Origin: Enterobacteria phage GiZh
Sequence record: NC_054903.1
Length of the DNA stretch: 64,000 nt
Reading direction: 5' to 3' (one strand)
Shown piece after piece: positions 1 to 9,108 of this stretch (the stretch's first letter is position 1; every line of letters begins with the position of its first letter). The notes beneath the pieces were generated by a model. That model searched no databases, was not told the DNA's origin, and worked only from the letters and a program-made list of their open reading frames with translations. A program made the translations under genes and the position numbers.

Positions 1-73
1 TCAAAAGACGTTTTGCATTATCGCAATACACGCATTTATGAATGTTGCTATCATAACCATATACTTTAAACAT
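1..73 (-). CDS. nrdC: NrdC thioredoxin/glutaredoxin, 5' end only (gene runs off window start)
   Basis: Reverse complement of 1-73 translates MFKVYGYDSNIHKCVYCDNAKRLL, the CxxC N-terminus I recognise from T4 NrdC; no stop before window edge. Confidence 0.85.
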   Translation of the reverse strand, partial: MFKVYGYDSNIHKCVYCDNAKRLL

Positions 74-74
74 A

Positions 75-317
75 TTATTCCTTAATTCCTAGTACTTGTT
101 TAAAAGTCTCGTCGTAATCAAGACTTTGGCCCGTTTGTTCTTTATGTTTGTATATAATATCACTTACTTCTGATAGCATATTTTTATATGAACGAGTTAA
201 AGCAGATTTAAGCACGCTGTATCTATCAGGAAATTTACCATGTTCATTATAATAAGCTATTGCTAATTCACGGACTGCCTTTTCAGCAGTCTCCATATAT
301 TCTTTACGCTTGGTCAT
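75..317 (-). CDS. hypothetical protein, 80 aa (position of T4 nrdC.1)
   Basis: ORF track 75..476; the first 53 codons overlap the upstream gene, so the internal ATG at 317 (MTKRKEY...) is chosen; alternative ATG at 296. Start uncertain. Confidence 0.5.
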
Positions 318-621
318 TTTCTTCTCGGTCAAATCGGTGTTTACAATGGCGACATTTATAACGAAGATTATTAGTCTGCCAATGGACCAATTGCACCTGT
401 TCAGTTCCACATTCAGGGCAATTAGGAACGTTTTTAGAAGCCCTTTCGCGACGTTCAACCATAGCCATAATAGCATCCCATGCTGGAGGTTTAAAGTCTA
501 AATCATCACAACCATGAATCTTTCCACGCATTTCCAGATCGTCTTCTTCACCAGCCATAATAATTTTAATTAGACTGGAATTACTTGAAGCTGCAATATC
601 TTCTAATAGACGCTTTTTCAT
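304..621 (-). CDS. zinc-ribbon protein, 105 aa
   Basis: CPECG...CRHC four-cysteine motif near C-terminus; ATG preceded by GAGGT; ATGA overlap with stop of the upstream gene. Confidence 0.65.
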
Positions 622-1547
622 TTCAATACCTCAATAGCATTACGTAAACCATTTGCTTTTGCATTAAGAGCTTTTAACAATTTGGTGTGTTCGGCAATCT
701 GGGCTTCAACTTCAATCAAACGGGCATTGAGATATTCACGTTCTTCACTCAGATTATCAACCTTTTCTACTTTAGGTTCTTTTACAACTGTCTTATATGT
801 ATTAGGGTTCTTCAGTTTAATTAGAATGCGTGAACTGTATAACATTGAACCATTATCTTCGGTTTCGTCATACATTTCCACTACGTCCATAATTTTTAAC
901 ATCATGCGGAGTTTATAAGACAACGAACGAATAGTTTTGTTGTGCTTATTAATTTCTTTAGCTGTCATGGTGCCAAGATTACGTGAGTAATAATAAGGAA
1001 CCTGGATATTAATTAATACTGATGAACCACCTGGCTTGTGTGTTACTTCATCAGCAATAACCCAGTCCTTAACATGAACTGTATTTGTACGGTCATCGCC
1101 CGCGGTAAATAGTTTGCGAGCATGCTTAAAAAGCATATTCACTTGGTCATTGAATTGACAAGCAAATTTATCAGCAAATTTAGTTTCAGGAATGGTAGAT
1201 AACCAATCAGCCAAATGAGTCTTTTTAACATCGTTAACAATAGTAAATTCAACCAAATCGGTTATAGATGTCTCAGATTTAATAAAGCTCGGCTTCATAA
1301 AGTTTTTAATGTTATCGTGAGCTACAGTAGAAGATAACATACGAGAACGTTTAAACCATTCAAGCAAATTACCTAACGAATGAGAATAAGCGTTTTGAGT
1401 ATCTTTACAGATATGATTTTCCTGGCCAACATATTGAAGGAAATCACGAAGAATATTATTGATTACTGCTCTGTGTCCGATCTGATAATTACGATGTTTA
1501 GTAATAAGACTGTCAAAATAATCAATGTAATGTTTACGAGTTTTCAT
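618..1547 (-). CDS. hypothetical protein, 309 aa, C-terminal coiled coil (paralog set member 1)
   Basis: ORF track; ATG with GAGAAG upstream; C-terminal ~45 aa heptad-like ([44 protein letters not shown]). Confidence 0.75.
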   Translation of the reverse strand: MKTRKHYIDYFDSLITKHRNYQIGHRAVINNILRDFLQYVGQENHICKDTQNAYSHSLGNLLEWFKRSRMLSSTVAHDNIKNFMKPSFIKSETSITDLVEFTIVNDVKKTHLADWLSTIPETKFADKFACQFNDQVNMLFKHARKLFTAGDDRTNTVHVKDWVIADEVTHKPGGSSVLINIQVPYYYSRNLGTMTAKEINKHNKTIRSLSYKLRMMLKIMDVVEMYDETEDNGSMLYSSRILIKLKNPNTYKTVVKEPKVEKVDNLSEEREYLNARLIEVEAQIAEHTKLLKALNAKANGLRNAIEVLK

Positions 1548-1599
1548 GTTCTTCTCACTTGGTTAATGATTTATGCTCCGAGCCATCCTTGGCTTTAAA

Positions 1600-2601
1600 T
1601 TACTTAATTAACTGTAAAGCTTGTTCAAGACGATCCAAGCGATTGACAGATTCTTCCCAAATCTTTTTAGCCTGCTCATATTCTTTCTGCGCTTTATTAG
1701 AAATTTCTAGAACTTCTTTATAAGCTTTTTCTAATGCAATAACTTCTGGACGAATTTCTGCCGGTTCAGGCGAATCATCAAGATTATCCATTAGTTCCTC
1801 AAGGGTAGTTTCTTCTTTAGGAGTATTCACAATTTCCTCACATTTTTGTTGATAAATTTCTTTATCAGTAGGTGAATAAGCACATTTCACTTCACGAAGA
1901 CTAATTACAATTTTATATCCTTCCCATCCGCATATATTCTTAAAAGGATATGTATGAATATTTTCTACTGTTTCCATACAAAGTAATGCAGTCTCTAACT
2001 GACGAGTTATAGTGCTAGCAATTGAGAAAAATTTATTAATATTCTTTTGGTTAGCGTTTGGTGTAAAAAATCCATAATTCACAAAAATAGCTACTTTATT
2101 TTCATCAAGCTCATATTCTTTTACGATAATCATATCAGAAGCCAAAGGATGAATTTGACGATAATCGCCATAACATAATTTAGAAGCTGATTTTAGAATT
2201 TGTCCTTTGAAAAGTCTGAAATTACTAATCCAACGACGAGTAAAAATATTCTCAGGGTCTTCTTTATTATTAAGATGATAAGAATTAACATCACCGAACC
2301 AATTATATCCTACTACATCTTTGGTTCGTTTAATTTCTTTCCCAAAATTACCAAGAATATCCCGATTAACCAAATATGAAAGAAGACGAGACTCTTTAAA
2401 AGTTTTCTTGATAACATCTTTATCTACACGGCTAGAAATTTTACGAATTTCATGAATAAATTTAGTAGAAGAAACAATACTTGCATCAACACTATTGAGC
2501 CATTGATTGATAATAGAAAGAACGATATTTTGACCAAACATCGGTATAGCTTTATCATCAATAACGCTATTGAATGATTTGATATATTCGTTACGAGTCA
2601 T
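1600..2601 (-). CDS. hypothetical protein, 333 aa, C-terminal coiled coil (paralog set member 2)
   Basis: ORF track 1600..2652 trimmed to ATG at 2601 (MTRNEYIKSF) with GAGGAG 6 nt upstream; the longer version would start inside the early promoter at 2630-2658. Confidence 0.75.
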   Translation of the reverse strand: MTRNEYIKSFNSVIDDKAIPMFGQNIVLSIINQWLNSVDASIVSSTKFIHEIRKISSRVDKDVIKKTFKESRLLSYLVNRDILGNFGKEIKRTKDVVGYNWFGDVNSYHLNNKEDPENIFTRRWISNFRLFKGQILKSASKLCYGDYRQIHPLASDMIIVKEYELDENKVAIFVNYGFFTPNANQKNINKFFSIASTITRQLETALLCMETVENIHTYPFKNICGWEGYKIVISLREVKCAYSPTDKEIYQQKCEEIVNTPKEETTLEELMDNLDDSPEPAEIRPEVIALEKAYKEVLEISNKAQKEYEQAKKIWEESVNRLDRLEQALQLIK

Positions 2602-2629
2602 ATTAATCTCCTCAGTAGAAAGTAAGAAC

Positions 2630-2658
2630 ATTATACCACATCCTTGTGGCAAAGTAAA
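2630..2658 (-). promoter_or_regulatory. early promoter with stem-loop (PeSL-type): -35 TTTACT, 17-bp spacer, -10 TATAAT
   Basis: Minus-strand sense GTTTACTttgccacaaggatgtggTATAAT; spacer holds inverted repeat CCACA/TGTGG; precedes the gene at 1600-2601. Confidence 0.6.
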
Positions 2659-3663
2659 CTAGTTCAGTGCATTTAGTGCATTGTTCAGTTTAGAACGTTG
2701 CTTCGTGAGATTTTTGACTTTTTCTTGTGCTTTTTCTAGCATCTTTTCAGCTTCTAACACTTCATTGGTCGCTTTAACGAGTTCATCATCTACTGCCTTG
2801 ATGGACTTCTCAATCGCATCCGCGTGCCATTTTTCAACAGGTTTAAGACTCGGATTTTCAACAGGAAGAAAATTCACTTTATTAAATTTCCATGCATCTT
2901 TATTACCTGAACTATACATCCAAAATTTAGGATCGTTTGATGAGTAATTAGTTTGGGGTTCAGGTTTTTTCTCTTGTGTAACTTCGTCCTTTCTCAAAAA
3001 ATCATATTTAAATGAAACGATCATATCAAGTTCATATGTTGTCGTATCTAATTTAAATCGTTCGAAATGCTGCGAAATCTTAGATTGAACAGCAGCAACA
3101 ACATCCATATACTTAAATGCTTCTGTCAGCTGTGATTTAAGACATTCACAAATTGAAAGAGAATTTTTTGTATTAGGTTTAAAGCTAATTCGTGCAGTTC
3201 TATTATTTTCTTTAGATGGTCTTACTTCCATTTGAAGAGTATAACCATCAAATTTCAGATTCTTTAAGTTAATATCAGAACCTTTTAATCGACTAGCAGT
3301 AGACAAAATTTGCTTTAATTGTTTACGGAATAGAGCAATAAATCTCCATTCAAGACGATAATGATTTGGATTGAAAAATCCAGATGATAAATCGACCTTA
3401 CTCTGACCGACGCCTTGAACAAATAGAGGATTTTTATAATCAATAGTTTTACAGAAATCGGTGAGCTGCTCACGAGCAGTCATTTGTGTAATATATCCCG
3501 CTTTACTAAAATGACGTAACCATTCACTGCTATTCATATATTTAAAGTGAATATCACGATTAACTTTATCAGGGTCTAAATTATTTTGGCACAAAAATGT
3601 CATAACATTACGGGTATAGCTGGCATTACGAACCATATCTTCAATTTGAGAACGAGTTTTCAT
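2659..3663 (-). CDS. hypothetical protein, 334 aa, C-terminal coiled coil (paralog set member 3)
   Basis: ORF track; ATG with AAGGA upstream; C-terminal coiled coil (AIEKSIKAVDDELVKATNEVLEAEKMLEKAQEKVKNLTKQRSKLNNALNALN). Confidence 0.75.
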   Translation of the reverse strand: MKTRSQIEDMVRNASYTRNVMTFLCQNNLDPDKVNRDIHFKYMNSSEWLRHFSKAGYITQMTAREQLTDFCKTIDYKNPLFVQGVGQSKVDLSSGFFNPNHYRLEWRFIALFRKQLKQILSTASRLKGSDINLKNLKFDGYTLQMEVRPSKENNRTARISFKPNTKNSLSICECLKSQLTEAFKYMDVVAAVQSKISQHFERFKLDTTTYELDMIVSFKYDFLRKDEVTQEKKPEPQTNYSSNDPKFWMYSSGNKDAWKFNKVNFLPVENPSLKPVEKWHADAIEKSIKAVDDELVKATNEVLEAEKMLEKAQEKVKNLTKQRSKLNNALNALN

Positions 3664-3671
3664 AGTGTTCC

Positions 3672-4559
3672 TTAAGATTTAAGTAAATCAACAATTTTAA
3701 TTAATTTTTCACGCTCAGATTTAGCTTTACTACTCAATCCAGATAGTCTGAAAATTTCATCGTCATACTGTTGAATAGAAATATTCAGCTCTTCAATTTG
3801 CTTATTAAAATAATCAATTTGTTCAGAATGTTTTTCGTTACTACGAACTGGTACAGGTTTTGTAGGCAATTTAGTTGAACTGGATTCATCCGGGCGATAA
3901 ATTAAAATACAACTTGAACCAATTGGACATTTTGCACCAGATGAATATTCTAACGTTCCAGCTTCTTTTAAAACTTCAAAAGCTAAACAGAGATGATGCC
4001 CCATATTAACATAATCTGTAGAGCGAGCTCTGACGTAATAATCATCGCCGCGAATACTAAATTTAAAGCATTTAAGGTCTTCTGTATTATTGGTCTTAAA
4101 AATCATTTGTTTATCTAGACCTTTAGCTAATCGAGCGCCTAATGCTAATAATCGTCGTTGATTTTCCCACAAATCTGCGATCATTTGGTCAAATGATAAT
4201 TTCGGCATTAGTCGACCATAAAGGTCATATCCTTTATTATAATTACGAAGAATTTCACTCGCGTTAATACGAGACAATGCTCCAATTTTATTAAGGGCTT
4301 TCATAATGCGATTAGATAAACCCATTCCAGACCCGTTTGTTCGCTGTAAATGTTTTTCTAATCCAAATCCAATATCAACTTTAAACTTATCTAAAATTTC
4401 TGCATGAACATCTCTGTCAATAACATTCAAATCCAAAGTTGGGTTAAATCTATGAAAAAATTTATCTGGCTCTCCACGACGAAGTATAGTCCATTCATTC
4501 AATTTTTTATTAACTAAAGATTTAATTACTGCATTGACATTATTAATTACTACTGACAT
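3672..4559 (-). CDS. hypothetical protein, 295 aa, C-terminal coiled coil (paralog set member 4)
   Basis: ORF track 3672..4580 trimmed to ATG at 4559 (MSVVINN) with GAGGA upstream; the table start is TTG. Confidence 0.72.
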   Translation of the reverse strand: MSVVINNVNAVIKSLVNKKLNEWTILRRGEPDKFFHRFNPTLDLNVIDRDVHAEILDKFKVDIGFGLEKHLQRTNGSGMGLSNRIMKALNKIGALSRINASEILRNYNKGYDLYGRLMPKLSFDQMIADLWENQRRLLALGARLAKGLDKQMIFKTNNTEDLKCFKFSIRGDDYYVRARSTDYVNMGHHLCLAFEVLKEAGTLEYSSGAKCPIGSSCILIYRPDESSSTKLPTKPVPVRSNEKHSEQIDYFNKQIEELNISIQQYDDEIFRLSGLSSKAKSEREKLIKIVDLLKS

Positions 4560-4566
4560 ATTTTCC

Positions 4567-4974
4567 TCACTCAATTTCAATTTTACTAAATATACAGAAT
4601 ATGATGGAAAAGACTATATAAGCACCACACACAGATTGAACTAATACCATTCCAAAGAACCAAACAATATTATCAAACAATGTCTGTTTTACGTCGAAAG
4701 GACGTAAACTTACAGTAATATTATCACCTTTTTCTATTGAAGAATACATCTCCGGTGAAATATATTCGCTAAATCTATAACCGTCTTTAAGTTCATATAC
4801 GGCAATAAACGATAAACTAGACCCCTTTCCTTGAGTTCCTGTAAGGGTATTAACTACAGTAACATCATAATCTTTATAATGCATATAATCATTAATAGCA
4901 TAATAACCATATGCAATTACTATACATAAACAACATATCAATAAATTCAATCTTTTAATTATCAACTGTTTCAT
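4567..4974 (-). CDS. small membrane protein, 135 aa
   Basis: Hydrophobic segments at N-terminus (LNLLICCLCIVIAYGYYAI) and C-terminus (IVWFFGMVLVQSVCGAYIVFSIIFCIF). Confidence 0.7.
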   Translation of the reverse strand: MKQLIIKRLNLLICCLCIVIAYGYYAINDYMHYKDYDVTVVNTLTGTQGKGSSLSFIAVYELKDGYRFSEYISPEMYSSIEKGDNITVSLRPFDVKQTLFDNIVWFFGMVLVQSVCGAYIVFSIIFCIFSKIEIE

Positions 4975-5029
4975 AATAATCTCAGTTAAAAGGGCTTAGA
5001 ACCATTATACCATCCTTGGTATAAAGCGG

Positions 5030-5557
5030 TTATGCGAGTACCGTCTTTAACCGTTCTTCAAACTTCCGAAGAGTATTCTGGCGTTCAGCTCTTTGCTTTT
5101 TGTAAGTTTCAATACGCTCTGAAATGAGAGTGTATCGTTCATTTACTGATTCTTTCATAAAATCAGGAATTTCACGAGAAGCTTTAATCTCGTCAAATTT
5201 ATCAATAACTGCTTGCTCTTCAGCAATTAAGTTATCATACATCAAAATATCTTTCTTGATGAACTCAATATCTTCTTGAGTTACACGAGATAATTTAGAT
5301 GCTTTATCCTTTTTGTACTGTTCGTTAGTATCACGAGACCAGTGTAATGTACGATTTTTATTCGTATTCTTGTAAATTTCTACAATACCAATCTCATCGA
5401 TAATAATGATCCAATTCCAACGGGATTTGTAAATTTGTCCTCCATCAACCGTGATTTCACCTCCAATTGAGATGTCATTAAAGAACTTGCTTTGTGCTTC
5501 AGATTTAAATTTACCATCGTTGTAATTTACCAAGTTAAAAATATCTTTAGCATTCAT
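5030..5557 (-). CDS. hypothetical protein, 175 aa, C-terminal coiled coil
   Basis: ORF track; ATG with GGAGG upstream; early promoter element at 5585-5613 immediately upstream. Confidence 0.7.
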   Translation of the reverse strand: MNAKDIFNLVNYNDGKFKSEAQSKFFNDISIGGEITVDGGQIYKSRWNWIIIIDEIGIVEIYKNTNKNRTLHWSRDTNEQYKKDKASKLSRVTQEDIEFIKKDILMYDNLIAEEQAVIDKFDEIKASREIPDFMKESVNERYTLISERIETYKKQRAERQNTLRKFEERLKTVLA

Positions 5558-5584
5558 TTTTGTTCCTCCGTAGTTGATAGTTGT

Positions 5585-5613
5585 ATAGTACCACAGAGGA
5601 ACGGTCTTGTAAA
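5585..5613 (-). promoter_or_regulatory. early promoter (PeSL-type): -35 TTTACA, 17 bp, -10 TACTAT
   Basis: Shares the 22-mer AGTTGATAGTTGTATAGTACCA (plus-strand reading) with the elements at 7024 and 22283; precedes the gene at 5030-5557. Confidence 0.55.
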
Positions 5614-5616
5614 CAA

Positions 5617-5919
5617 CTAAAAGAAACTTCTTTCACAATTTTTTCCACTGAACCATGCGCTCACTGCTTTCTTAGTCTCAGGAGCGGTGTTATCCATAAA
5701 CCATTCAAATGCAGCCTTTTTATGATTCTGGAGGGCTTCTCGGGCTTTAATCTGCTCACGGTCTATTAACACTAACATATGAGCCTTTCTTGTCACCAAG
5801 GGCTTCTTATGATTTTTTGAATATTCCCAATCATTTGTCCAACGCATTGTCGTTGCGAACTGAAATACTGCTTCTTTAATTTTAGTTTCGTAAATTTCAC
5901 GAGCCTTTGAGTATAACAT
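5617..5919 (-). CDS. hypothetical protein, 100 aa
   Basis: ORF track 5617..5931 trimmed to ATG at 5919 (MLYSKAREIY) which has GGAGGT upstream; the ATG at 5931 has no Shine-Dalgarno. Confidence 0.6.
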   Translation of the reverse strand: MLYSKAREIYETKIKEAVFQFATTMRWTNDWEYSKNHKKPLVTRKAHMLVLIDREQIKAREALQNHKKAAFEWFMDNTAPETKKAVSAWFSGKNCERSFF

Positions 5920-6020
5920 CACTACCTCCATTTACCAGTTTAATTCTAGTCATCTTTTTGATGGCAGTCCATATAATCTATTTCTGAACTGCCTTTTTGT
6001 CTTAGAAGTCCTCTTATGAA

Positions 6021-6989
6021 TTATTTCAGAAGAGTAACCTCAGCAATTTCTTCCCAACCATTTTTGTCGGTCATAATAAAGTCAGCAAGATAAAGAGCAG
6101 TACGCAGTGAAACATTGCGTAAACGATTAACATTGACTTTCATCCATGATAATGCTTTATAAGTTTCTTCATCAGAAAGACCACGCTTTTGCATCATGTC
6201 GGTTGAAAGAATAACATCTTCAACCCTGACCATAATTTCTTCATTAGTGTGAACACCCAAATCTAAATAAACTGAGCGGGACACTAATGCTTGTAAGTGT
6301 GGAGCAAGTTTAGTACCACGGTCTAATTCGCGGTCAATGTCAACGTTTGTGATAAAAACAATCGTTCCTTTAAATTCAAACTCACGGTCAATGCCTTTTT
6401 CTTCTAAGTAAGAAGACGCAGTGCTCCAGCAGACTTTACGGGTCTCTCCAGTGTCCAGAGCAGCTTTTAGAAGATTAAGAATGTCCATATCAGAGAAAAC
6501 ATCCACATCATCAATCAAAAGGACAGAATTCTCTTCACGATTATTCCAAAGCTGCTCATAAAGACCAATACCAGAGATTTTACCATTAATGCTTTTATAT
6601 TCAATGTATCCAATATCATTTGCTTTATTTAAAGCTTTATCTAAAGAATACGTTTTACCAATACCTGCTGCGCCGGAGATAATTAATGAACGAATATTTC
6701 CATTAATAATACCATTCGTCATCATTCCCATAACATTAAATCTTTTATTAATGCGGGTTTTCATATCTTCATATGATTCTTTAACTTCTTCAACTTTTAC
6801 ACCATCATATGAAATATCTGATTTGTAAACCCAAACACCGCGACGTTTACCGTCAATTTCAACAAAAACTTTACCATCTCCTTGTGCATCTACCGGAGCA
6901 TTATCTGGGAACCATTCGCCTAAGAGCTCAAAAGTTCCAGAGATTTCTTTACCGAAGTAGATACCCTTATTGATAGTTACAGTTTTCAT
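6021..6989 (-). CDS. AAA+ / P-loop ATPase, 322 aa
   Basis: Walker A GAAGIGKT and Walker B LLIDDVD in the translated ORF; table start (7001) is TTG, ATG at 6989 has GGAG upstream. Confidence 0.8.
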   Translation of the reverse strand: MKTVTINKGIYFGKEISGTFELLGEWFPDNAPVDAQGDGKVFVEIDGKRRGVWVYKSDISYDGVKVEEVKESYEDMKTRINKRFNVMGMMTNGIINGNIRSLIISGAAGIGKTYSLDKALNKANDIGYIEYKSINGKISGIGLYEQLWNNREENSVLLIDDVDVFSDMDILNLLKAALDTGETRKVCWSTASSYLEEKGIDREFEFKGTIVFITNVDIDRELDRGTKLAPHLQALVSRSVYLDLGVHTNEEIMVRVEDVILSTDMMQKRGLSDEETYKALSWMKVNVNRLRNVSLRTALYLADFIMTDKNGWEEIAEVTLLK

Positions 6990-7023
6990 TTTATTCTCCA
7001 AATCCGTATCAGTTGATAGTTGT

Positions 7024-7052
7024 ATAGTACCATAAAGCTTTATGCTTGTAAA
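7024..7052 (-). promoter_or_regulatory. early promoter (PeSL-type): -35 TTTACA, 17 bp, -10 TACTAT
   Basis: Spacer contains palindrome CATAAAGCTTTATG; upstream A/T-rich tract ttttgtgaaaaattttt; precedes the ATPase gene and follows the terminator at 7075-7104. Confidence 0.6.
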
Positions 7053-7074
7053 CCGTTTTGTGAAAAATTTTTGA

Positions 7075-7104
7075 AATAAAAAAAAAGGGAGCCCGAAGGC
7101 TCCC
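7075..7104 (-). terminator. rho-independent terminator after the nucleotidyltransferase-fold gene
   Basis: Stem GGGAGCC-(CGAA)-GGCTCCC followed on the minus strand by a 9-U run. Confidence 0.8.
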
Positions 7105-7106
7105 TA

Positions 7107-8120
7107 TCATTTATAATAACTTCGGTGGTTTTCAAGATAGACCTTCTCAAGGAAGTCATCCCAGAAACTCATGTCTACTGTTTTAGGCATACCGTTCTTA
7201 GAAGCTTCAGTAGATGCTGCTTCTACTTGATCGACCACATCTTCCAAAAACTCTTGAACTGTTTTAAATGGATGTTTACCCAACTTCACGTCGAGAATAA
7301 ATGGAGCATCTTGAAGTGGATAGACTAAGTCACCAGTTTTGTAAATTTCCAATAGTTGGAGTCCACCACGACAAGCATGACTCAAAGCTTTCCAGTCAAT
7401 ACCTTCATTGGCTTCGGCCTTACGAGCACGTTCACCATATTCAGCATCTAATTTGTTCAGTGACTGCTTAAGCTCAATAAGAGAAAGCGTTGTCTGATAT
7501 TTACGACCCAACACAGTGTAGAACGTTTGTGGGCCTGTTTTCTCATGATTATGGAACACCCATTCACAGAATTCGTTTTCTGGAAGACGATGCTTAATAT
7601 CTTCAACTTTAGTGCGACGCTGCTTAATAGAACCATCTTCTTGGTAATCAATCCACTGCTCAGGGATTTGATTAACTACTTTCAATACATCACGTAATGC
7701 AGCCAAACGAGAACCTTTGACACCGTATTTAGAAGCTTGCTTGCGGACATATCCTAAATATGATTTCATGTTAGTCGTATAAAAACGAGAACGGTTGTCT
7801 TGAATAAACTTCCACACATCAGGCAAATCAGATTTAACCACTAGTTCAGGTGGAGTGTGAAGCATATCTAATGCTACGGTTTCACCATCTGCTGCTAATT
7901 TAAAGAAATATTTAAGACTGTATAGTTCATGGTCAATATCATCTTTAGTGTTTTTAGATGATGTGTTGTTAGTGTTTTTACTCATATGCTCTTTAACATT
8001 TCCGATAAGAATATCGCGAGCAGGAGGAACAAAGATTTCTTTAAAATCTACATCAGATTCTGGAGTAGAAGTTCCATAAAGATGACTACCAAAATAGCTT
8101 TTCATTACTGTTTTCATCAT
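7107..8120 (-). CDS. nucleotidyltransferase-fold (Pol-beta-like) protein, 337 aa
   Basis: N-terminal GSHLYGTSTPESDVDF fits the G[SG]...D.D minimal nucleotidyltransferase signature; ATGA overlap with the upstream gene; strong terminator just downstream. Confidence 0.72.
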   Translation of the reverse strand: MMKTVMKSYFGSHLYGTSTPESDVDFKEIFVPPARDILIGNVKEHMSKNTNNTSSKNTKDDIDHELYSLKYFFKLAADGETVALDMLHTPPELVVKSDLPDVWKFIQDNRSRFYTTNMKSYLGYVRKQASKYGVKGSRLAALRDVLKVVNQIPEQWIDYQEDGSIKQRRTKVEDIKHRLPENEFCEWVFHNHEKTGPQTFYTVLGRKYQTTLSLIELKQSLNKLDAEYGERARKAEANEGIDWKALSHACRGGLQLLEIYKTGDLVYPLQDAPFILDVKLGKHPFKTVQEFLEDVVDQVEAASTEASKNGMPKTVDMSFWDDFLEKVYLENHRSYYK

Positions 8121-8578
8121 TCAGCCTTATATTCAATAACAGGACATACTTTAGCTTTACGCGCTTTTAAAAATTCGACGATAACCGATTTCTTGGGTTG
8201 AATAGGAGGTAAACCTTTATACGCCCTATCAATATTTTCTACGTGTAAAGCATAATCCTTTTTCCATTTATAATCTTTATATTTTTCACGCAAATGTGCA
8301 GGAATAACAAATGAACCGATAATAAGTAAAACAACCAAAAGCGCAAGTATAAATGCCGATGGAAGAAGAGTCCATAAACTACCGAAAATAAGCCAACGTT
8401 GTAGGCTTTCTGCACAAATAATTGTTAGCCCTACGAGTATAGCACATCCAAAAATAGAAACGAAAAATGTAGGAATGGCAATAGACCAAAAATATGCGCA
8501 TAGTGTCTTAGGTCGTTGCCATTCATCGTTAAACAATTTGAATAATTTATAATGCCAAGAGTTTTCATTAATAATCAT
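8117..8578 (-). CDS. membrane protein, 153 aa
   Basis: Three to four hydrophobic helices (e.g. IAIPTFFVSIFGCAILVGLTIICA; LALLVVLLIIGSFVIPA). Confidence 0.65.
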   Translation of the reverse strand: MIINENSWHYKLFKLFNDEWQRPKTLCAYFWSIAIPTFFVSIFGCAILVGLTIICAESLQRWLIFGSLWTLLPSAFILALLVVLLIIGSFVIPAHLREKYKDYKWKKDYALHVENIDRAYKGLPPIQPKKSVIVEFLKARKAKVCPVIEYKAE

Positions 8579-8580
8579 AA

Positions 8581-9102
8581 TTATCCTTTCATTGAAGGTG
8601 TAACAGTTGTTAAATACTTAATCATAGCCTCAGCTTCTGATTTTGATAGTGAAATTTCTTCACCGTTTTGGCGAATAGAAACAAAATCTGGATGACGATC
8701 ACCACCAGCTTTTAAAACACACATATAAGTATCAGCTTCGCCTTCAATATTTGAAATGATTGAAGCAGTTCCACACGAATGTGGTTTTTGATAAATCAAT
8801 ACAGCTTTTCTTCCACCATTTGACTGTTCATAGGCTTTTAATACATCAAACAAATCAGTTCTTTTATCAATAGCTAAAATGTTATTTTCATCTTCAATGT
8901 TAAATCCTTCGGATACTTCATAAAGCGTTACCCATAAATCACCAATGTCAATAACAGCATTTACTTTTCCACGGCTTTCAAGAGTATGACAAATTTTCTT
9001 GATTTCGTCATAACTCATTTTAATAATATCATCTCCTTGAATAAGAAAGATGTCATTTTTAAATTCAACACGAATTAAACCACTTTCACTTGAAATAAAC
9101 AT
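8581..9102 (-). CDS. hypothetical protein, 173 aa
   Basis: ORF track; ATG with GAGGA upstream; C-terminus (EAEAMIKYLTTVTPSMKG) resembles that of the next gene product. Confidence 0.65.
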   Translation of the reverse strand: MFISSESGLIRVEFKNDIFLIQGDDIIKMSYDEIKKICHTLESRGKVNAVIDIGDLWVTLYEVSEGFNIEDENNILAIDKRTDLFDVLKAYEQSNGGRKAVLIYQKPHSCGTASIISNIEGEADTYMCVLKAGGDRHPDFVSIRQNGEEISLSKSEAEAMIKYLTTVTPSMKG

Positions 9103-9108
9103 ATTTCC

